A stretch of DNA of 63,753 nt, filler included. It is 19 parts of 19 records of this genome, joined end to end, with 100 filler letters (N's around TTAATTAATTAA, not from the genome) between each part and the next. Parts side by side here need not be neighbours in the genome. Positions count along the whole stretch, not along the records: positions 59,401 to 61,613 come from SRR11831580_6825; positions 61,714 to 63,753 come from SRR11831580_7005; 17 more parts are not named here. The stretch is one strand, 5' to 3'. Below the pieces are notes generated by a model. That model searched no databases, was not told the DNA's origin, and saw only the letters and a program-made list of their open reading frames with translations. Position numbers and translations under genes: made by a program. This document shows positions 59,401 through 63,753 of the stretch, piece after piece (the stretch's first letter is position 1; each line of letters begins with the position of its first letter).

Positions 59401-61613
59401 CAAAAGTCTGGGTATATTGTTGTGGACGGTCGTCACAGAGTCACGGCTGCAATGGAGCTCAAGATTCCCATTGTGTACGCCGCCTTCTTGCGTGCTGAAA
59501 CGCCGTTGGCTGTTGTATACCGCATCGCTTACAGTACGTACTGCGCGTGAGCTAGATGGTTATTCATTCACCTTTGAATAGTGCAGAACGAAATCAAGGA
59601 GACCACCGTTAAAACCACTTTCTTTTCAAGGTTGGAAGGAGTTCTGGGTGGCTGGAATATGCTTGTGAAAGTTTTTGCCGCCACTGGCGCGAAGCCCACC
59701 GAGAAGGACGTGGCTCAGTTCCTGTCCGGTGGGTTGTCGCCCAGCGAGGAAAAAGATAAGAAAGCAACTTCTACTGCCCGTGGCACTGTCTCACGGCACA
59801 GTGTTTTTCTGTCGTTCCTCTTGGACGACGGTTCAGGCTCCAAGTTCGGCTCAGTTGACCCCGGCGAATTCTGTCGCCAGCACCCAGACGAGCTGTCTGA
59901 GCCACCTTTGTACAAGCTGGTGCACGGTGCTAGTGAGAATGTTGAATCTCCACTTATCATTAAGGCGCATCTGGAGGTGATGACTGATTCGAAGTTCCGG
60001 CAGTACTTGACCTTCGCTGTGGCCCACGCGGTACGCCATATTTCTGTATTTGGGGAGCTGTATTGATTTTGTTGACAGTTCTTCGAAAATCTCATCCGTG
60101 AAGGGATGAAGTTCCAAAAGGCGCTGAAGGCCGACGCGGCTAGTAAAATTCTGTGGACCATCATCTGTCGCAACGAGGCTACAAAATGGGTCGGTCAAAG
60201 CAGCGACTGCCCTCCCGACTGGAAGCAACAAATCGAGGCTGGCGACTTCGACTCGCTGTTCAGCTGCAACGTGCAGCAAGTGGCCTCCGCCATGATGGAG
60301 AGACTTGCGCATCATCACAAAACCCAGTCAGCTCAGAGCGAGGCGGCAGAACTACTCCGCAAGCGGAAAGCGCAGCTTTCTGAGGAGGGCGGGTCGGTTG
60401 CTCTGTTGGAAACCGAGATGAATAGTGAGGGTGGGTGCTCGTGATCCGCGGATCGCCTCGGTTCTGACTTGTGATTGCATGCAGGTGAAACCATGACGCC
60501 CACGGAAGTCAAACGGAAGAAGCGAGAGCATCGCAAGTTGTTGGAAGCCGAGTTGTCAGAGCGGAAGGCTGAAGTTGAGAAGCGCCAGAAAGAGTTGGTG
60601 CAGGCGTCCCTCGAGGACAGAATCGCTGTCGTTCATTGTGCGGCTGGTGACGCGGCGCAAGAAGCGGCAATGAACAAGGGCTGGAATGTCGGAGGCAAGC
60701 GACGTGCGGCCAAACTGGTGATTTTGGACCCCCCTTTCGGCATAATGGGCAAGGACCACGACACCATCAACGATACAGAATTGGAAGCAGTGTTCTCCAA
60801 TTTGTACCACGACGACGTGACGGAGCCGTTGGCGTTCATGTACGTTTTCTGCGCTTGGCAAGATATCGGGCAGTGGTCAGCCATGGCCACCAAGCATCAT
60901 TGGACCGTGATGAAGAATCCTTTGGTTATGGTCTACAGCAATCCGCCTCGTCTGGTATGTCGGGATCGATCCGCGGATCCAGTACTCGTAGCTAACTTCA
61001 TGCACTGTAGCCTTCCTTCTCTGACGACCCTTTCCCTTCGGCCAACCCTATCCTTGTTATGCGTAAGGCGAAGGAGACGATCAAGGATGCTCGCTACTTG
61101 GGCGAGTCGATGCAGCAGCACCCTTTCCACCAAACTCTGATGACCAAATTCCAGAACAACAAACAACCGAGTCCTGATACAGTTGACACGGAGAAGGTGC
61201 GGGCATTCCGTGCGGAGGAAAAGCCGGACCAGGTGTACGTGGAATTGATACACCGTGATTCACGTCCAGGTACGTTCGATTGGCAGGTGCATGTTCGCTG
61301 TTTGCTTATGTTATGTAGGGGACTTGGTGGTCGACCTGTTTGCCGGTGCTGGGACCTGTGCATACGCTGCCATCATGACGCAGAGGTTCTGCTGGACCTG
61401 CGACAAAGATCCCATGAGCGTGGAGGTCACAAAGAAACGTGCTCTTCAGGCCCAGATGGAGATTGAAGCCAACTACTCCAAACTTCGCCTTTATGGTCCA
61501 CGTCGCACGATGGACGGTTTGGCACCGGTTACGTTACGCCGAGATGAAACGCCTGAGCGTGACGCGCCGCCTTATGTTCCAAGTGGTACTTCTGTCGGCG
61601 AGGGTGATGCAGG
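59401..61613 (+). CDS. Eukaryotic intron-containing ParB/Srx-like + beta-class N6A/N4C DNA methyltransferase fusion, partial at both ends. Exons 59401-59533, 59582-60030, 60079-60430 (or 60424), 60485-60954, 61011-61269, 61319-61613
   Basis: YIVVDGRHRVTAA (ParB/Srx), LVILDPPFG (motif IV), EKP..LI..SRPGDLVVDLFAGAGT..AA..R..CDKD (motifs X, I, II); five GT-AG introns give one continuous frame. Confidence 0.85.
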
Positions 61614-61713
61614 NNNNNNNNNNNNNNNNNNNNNNNNNNNNNNNNNNNNNNNNNNNNTTAATTAATTAANNNNNNNNNNNNNNNNNNNNNNNNNNNNNNN
61701 NNNNNNNNNNNNN

Positions 61714-61731
61714 TTATACGAAGTTATACGA
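61714..61731 (-). other. 454 Titanium paired-end (loxP-containing) linker remnant
   Basis: TTATACGAAGTTATACGA at contig start, cutting ygeY after MAKNIP. Confidence 0.88.
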
Positions 61732-61805
61732 GGAATATTCTTAGCCATTATTTTTCTCCAGATTTTTTACTCCCCGTTTTGCAGGGAGCAGTTCCAATAG
61801 GGTGA

Positions 61806-63002
61806 TTAAGGTGCTACAGCGTGTTTGCCTTCCCAGACAACTTCGCGGTAGTGCTTCACGTCGGTGTCGCCTTCAGTGCTGATAACCAGCACCACGGCAT
61901 CTTTGTTCAGCGCCAGTTTTTCCATCAGGCTTTGACGTTGCGGGTGATAATGAACCGCTGCGAGAACGCCCAAACCGACAGCGCCGGATTCACCGGAGAT
62001 GATGCGCGGGTCGTTGCCGTACGGATTACCCAGCACGCGCATACCTAATGCGGCAACGCTGTCCTGGCAGGAGATGAATTGGGTGGCGCAGTTACGTAGG
62101 ATTTCCCAGCCCAGCGGGTTAGGTTCGCCACAGGCCAGGCCTGCCATGATGGTGGCCATATCACCGCCAACGTTGACGATGTCGCCTTTGACGCCGGAGC
62201 GATAAATACAGTCAGCTTTGTCAGGTTCAACAATAATGCTGTGCAGATTTTGCGGGCTATAGACGTCGACCAGATAACCCAGCACACCACCGGCCATTGC
62301 TCCGACACCGGCTTGCAGCAGAACGTGCGTCGGGGTTACGCCCATTTCACGCATTTGCTCGACGGCTTCATCTGCCAGGGTTGCGTAGCCTTGCATGATC
62401 CAGGTTGGGATTTTGGTGTAACCTTCCCATGCCGTGTCCTGTACCACTTCCCAGCCGTGCTGCTGCGCGTGTTGCATGGTCAGGCGAACGGTATCGTCAT
62501 AGTTCATATCCGTGACGATGCACTCGGCACCGAGGTTCAGAATGGCGTCAACGCGTTCCTGAGCAGAACCTTTCGGCATGTAAATCACCGCATTCTGTCC
62601 GAGTTGCTGTGCTGCCCACGCCACACCGCGCCCGTGGTTGCCGTCGGTGGTGGTCGCGAAAGTCATTTTTTCGCCGATGGCATTTTTCAGGTGCTCAAAT
62701 GACAGCGTTTCGATATCAAGATGATATTTTTCACACAATAATTGAGCGATGGCGTACGCACCGCCAAGCATTTTGAAGGCGTTCAGACCGAATCGTTTTG
62801 ATTCGTCTTTGACGAGAATTTTCTTCACACCAAAAAGGTTTGCGAGATCGTCCAGCGCACAAAGCGGTGTTGGGCGATAACCAGCTATTTTCTGGTGGAA
62901 CTGGCGCGCCAGTTTGGCCTGGCTTTGCGAAAAGAGCGGTGATGTTTCGCCGTTGAAAAATTTGTTATCGGCGATATCAATCTTCAATGAGAAAACGGAC
63001 AT
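61806..63002 (-). CDS. ygeX: Diaminopropionate ammonia-lyase
   Basis: 398 aa; KDESKRFGLNAFK PLP lysine, TDGNHG. Confidence 0.95.
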   Translation of the reverse strand: MSVFSLKIDIADNKFFNGETSPLFSQSQAKLARQFHQKIAGYRPTPLCALDDLANLFGVKKILVKDESKRFGLNAFKMLGGAYAIAQLLCEKYHLDIETLSFEHLKNAIGEKMTFATTTDGNHGRGVAWAAQQLGQNAVIYMPKGSAQERVDAILNLGAECIVTDMNYDDTVRLTMQHAQQHGWEVVQDTAWEGYTKIPTWIMQGYATLADEAVEQMREMGVTPTHVLLQAGVGAMAGGVLGYLVDVYSPQNLHSIIVEPDKADCIYRSGVKGDIVNVGGDMATIMAGLACGEPNPLGWEILRNCATQFISCQDSVAALGMRVLGNPYGNDPRIISGESGAVGLGVLAAVHYHPQRQSLMEKLALNKDAVVLVISTEGDTDVKHYREVVWEGKHAVAP

Positions 63003-63059
63003 ATCCTATCCTTTTGGCCTCTGGAAATAGAGGGCCGACCAGCTGATCGGCCCGAGGGG

Positions 63060-63753
63060 TTATTTCACGCGTTCTTGCGCTTCTTTCAGCAGTTGCTCGA
63101 GCAGTGCACCTGGTTTGGCGTATTTACGGGACAGGATCATCGCGGCGATGATATAAGGCTTCCAGCTGGCTTCTTTGTAGGTAGCGATACGGATTTTTCG
63201 AATACGCCTTCAGTCACTTCACCTTCTTTACAGGATACGCCGCTGATATCAGCTGGCAGGCAGTGCATGTACAGGGCTTCGCCATCACGGGTCAGTTCCA
63301 TCATCTCTTCAGTACAATGCCAGTCTTTGTGTTGCGCGTTCTGTGCCAGACACTGTTTTTCCAGTGCTTTTAAGCCTTCGTGATCGTTCGCACGCAGCAA
63401 TTCAGTACGCTCTTCCATCACTTTGTAAGGTGCCCATGACTTCGGATAAACGATGTCTGCGTCTTTGAAGGCTTCTTCCATGCTGGTGACCTGACGGAAG
63501 CTACCACCGGAGGCTTTAGCATTGTTTTTCGCCACTTCAACCACATCCGGGATCAGGTCGTAGCCTTCCGGATGGGCCAGGGTGACATCCATACCGAAGC
63601 GAGTCATCAGACCGATGATGCCTTGTGGTACAGAGAGCGGTTTGCCATAGCTTGGAGAGTAGGCCCAGGTCATGGCGATTTTTTACCTTCAGGTTTTCCA
63701 GTGAACCAAAGTGTTCACGTAACCACGCGAGGTCAGCCATTGACTGAGTCGGG
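63060..63753 (-). CDS. ygeW: Knotted carbamoyltransferase YgeW, 5'-partial, with frameshifts at ~63192 and ~63679-63690
   Basis: TWAYSPSYGKPLSVPQ and YMHCLPAD; upstream of ygeX. Confidence 0.9.

Noticed and set aside
58494-61613. prfH/rtcB2 plus ParB-methylase as one defence or repair locus; likewise a link between the transposase and the methylase
   Set aside because: They are on different contigs separated by artificial spacers, and in the first case come from different organisms.
59401-61613. Methylase as a frameshifted bacterial or prophage pseudogene
   Set aside because: All five breaks are bounded by GT...AG with matching phase, and their removal restores conserved motifs.

Overview
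This window is not a natural locus. It is a pseudomolecule of 19 short contigs joined by 18 identical 100-nt spacers (44 N + TTAATTAATTAA + 44 N). Fifteen contigs are ordinary Escherichia coli K-12-like chromosome fragments from scattered map positions. They carry Roche/454 linker and adaptor remnants and homopolymer frameshifts. Four contigs (6560-10311, 26747-30744, 52193-54465, 59401-61613) come from an intron-rich eukaryote (GTAYG donors, CTRAC-type branch points, YAG acceptors) and are invisible to the ORF track unless spliced by hand. Spliced, they encode: (1) a CACTA/En-Spm-type transposase with a candidate CAC terminus and subterminal repeats; (2) an F-box gene head-to-head with a signal-peptide IPT/TIG-repeat surface protein; (3) a SPAG17/PF6-like flagellar central-pair protein; (4) the most interesting item, a five-intron gene fusing a ParB/Srx-like domain, a probable HTH and basic NLS-like segments to a bacterial/phage-type beta-class amino (N6A/N4C) DNA methyltransferase. 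Gene names come from recognising the translations from memory; no database searches were run.
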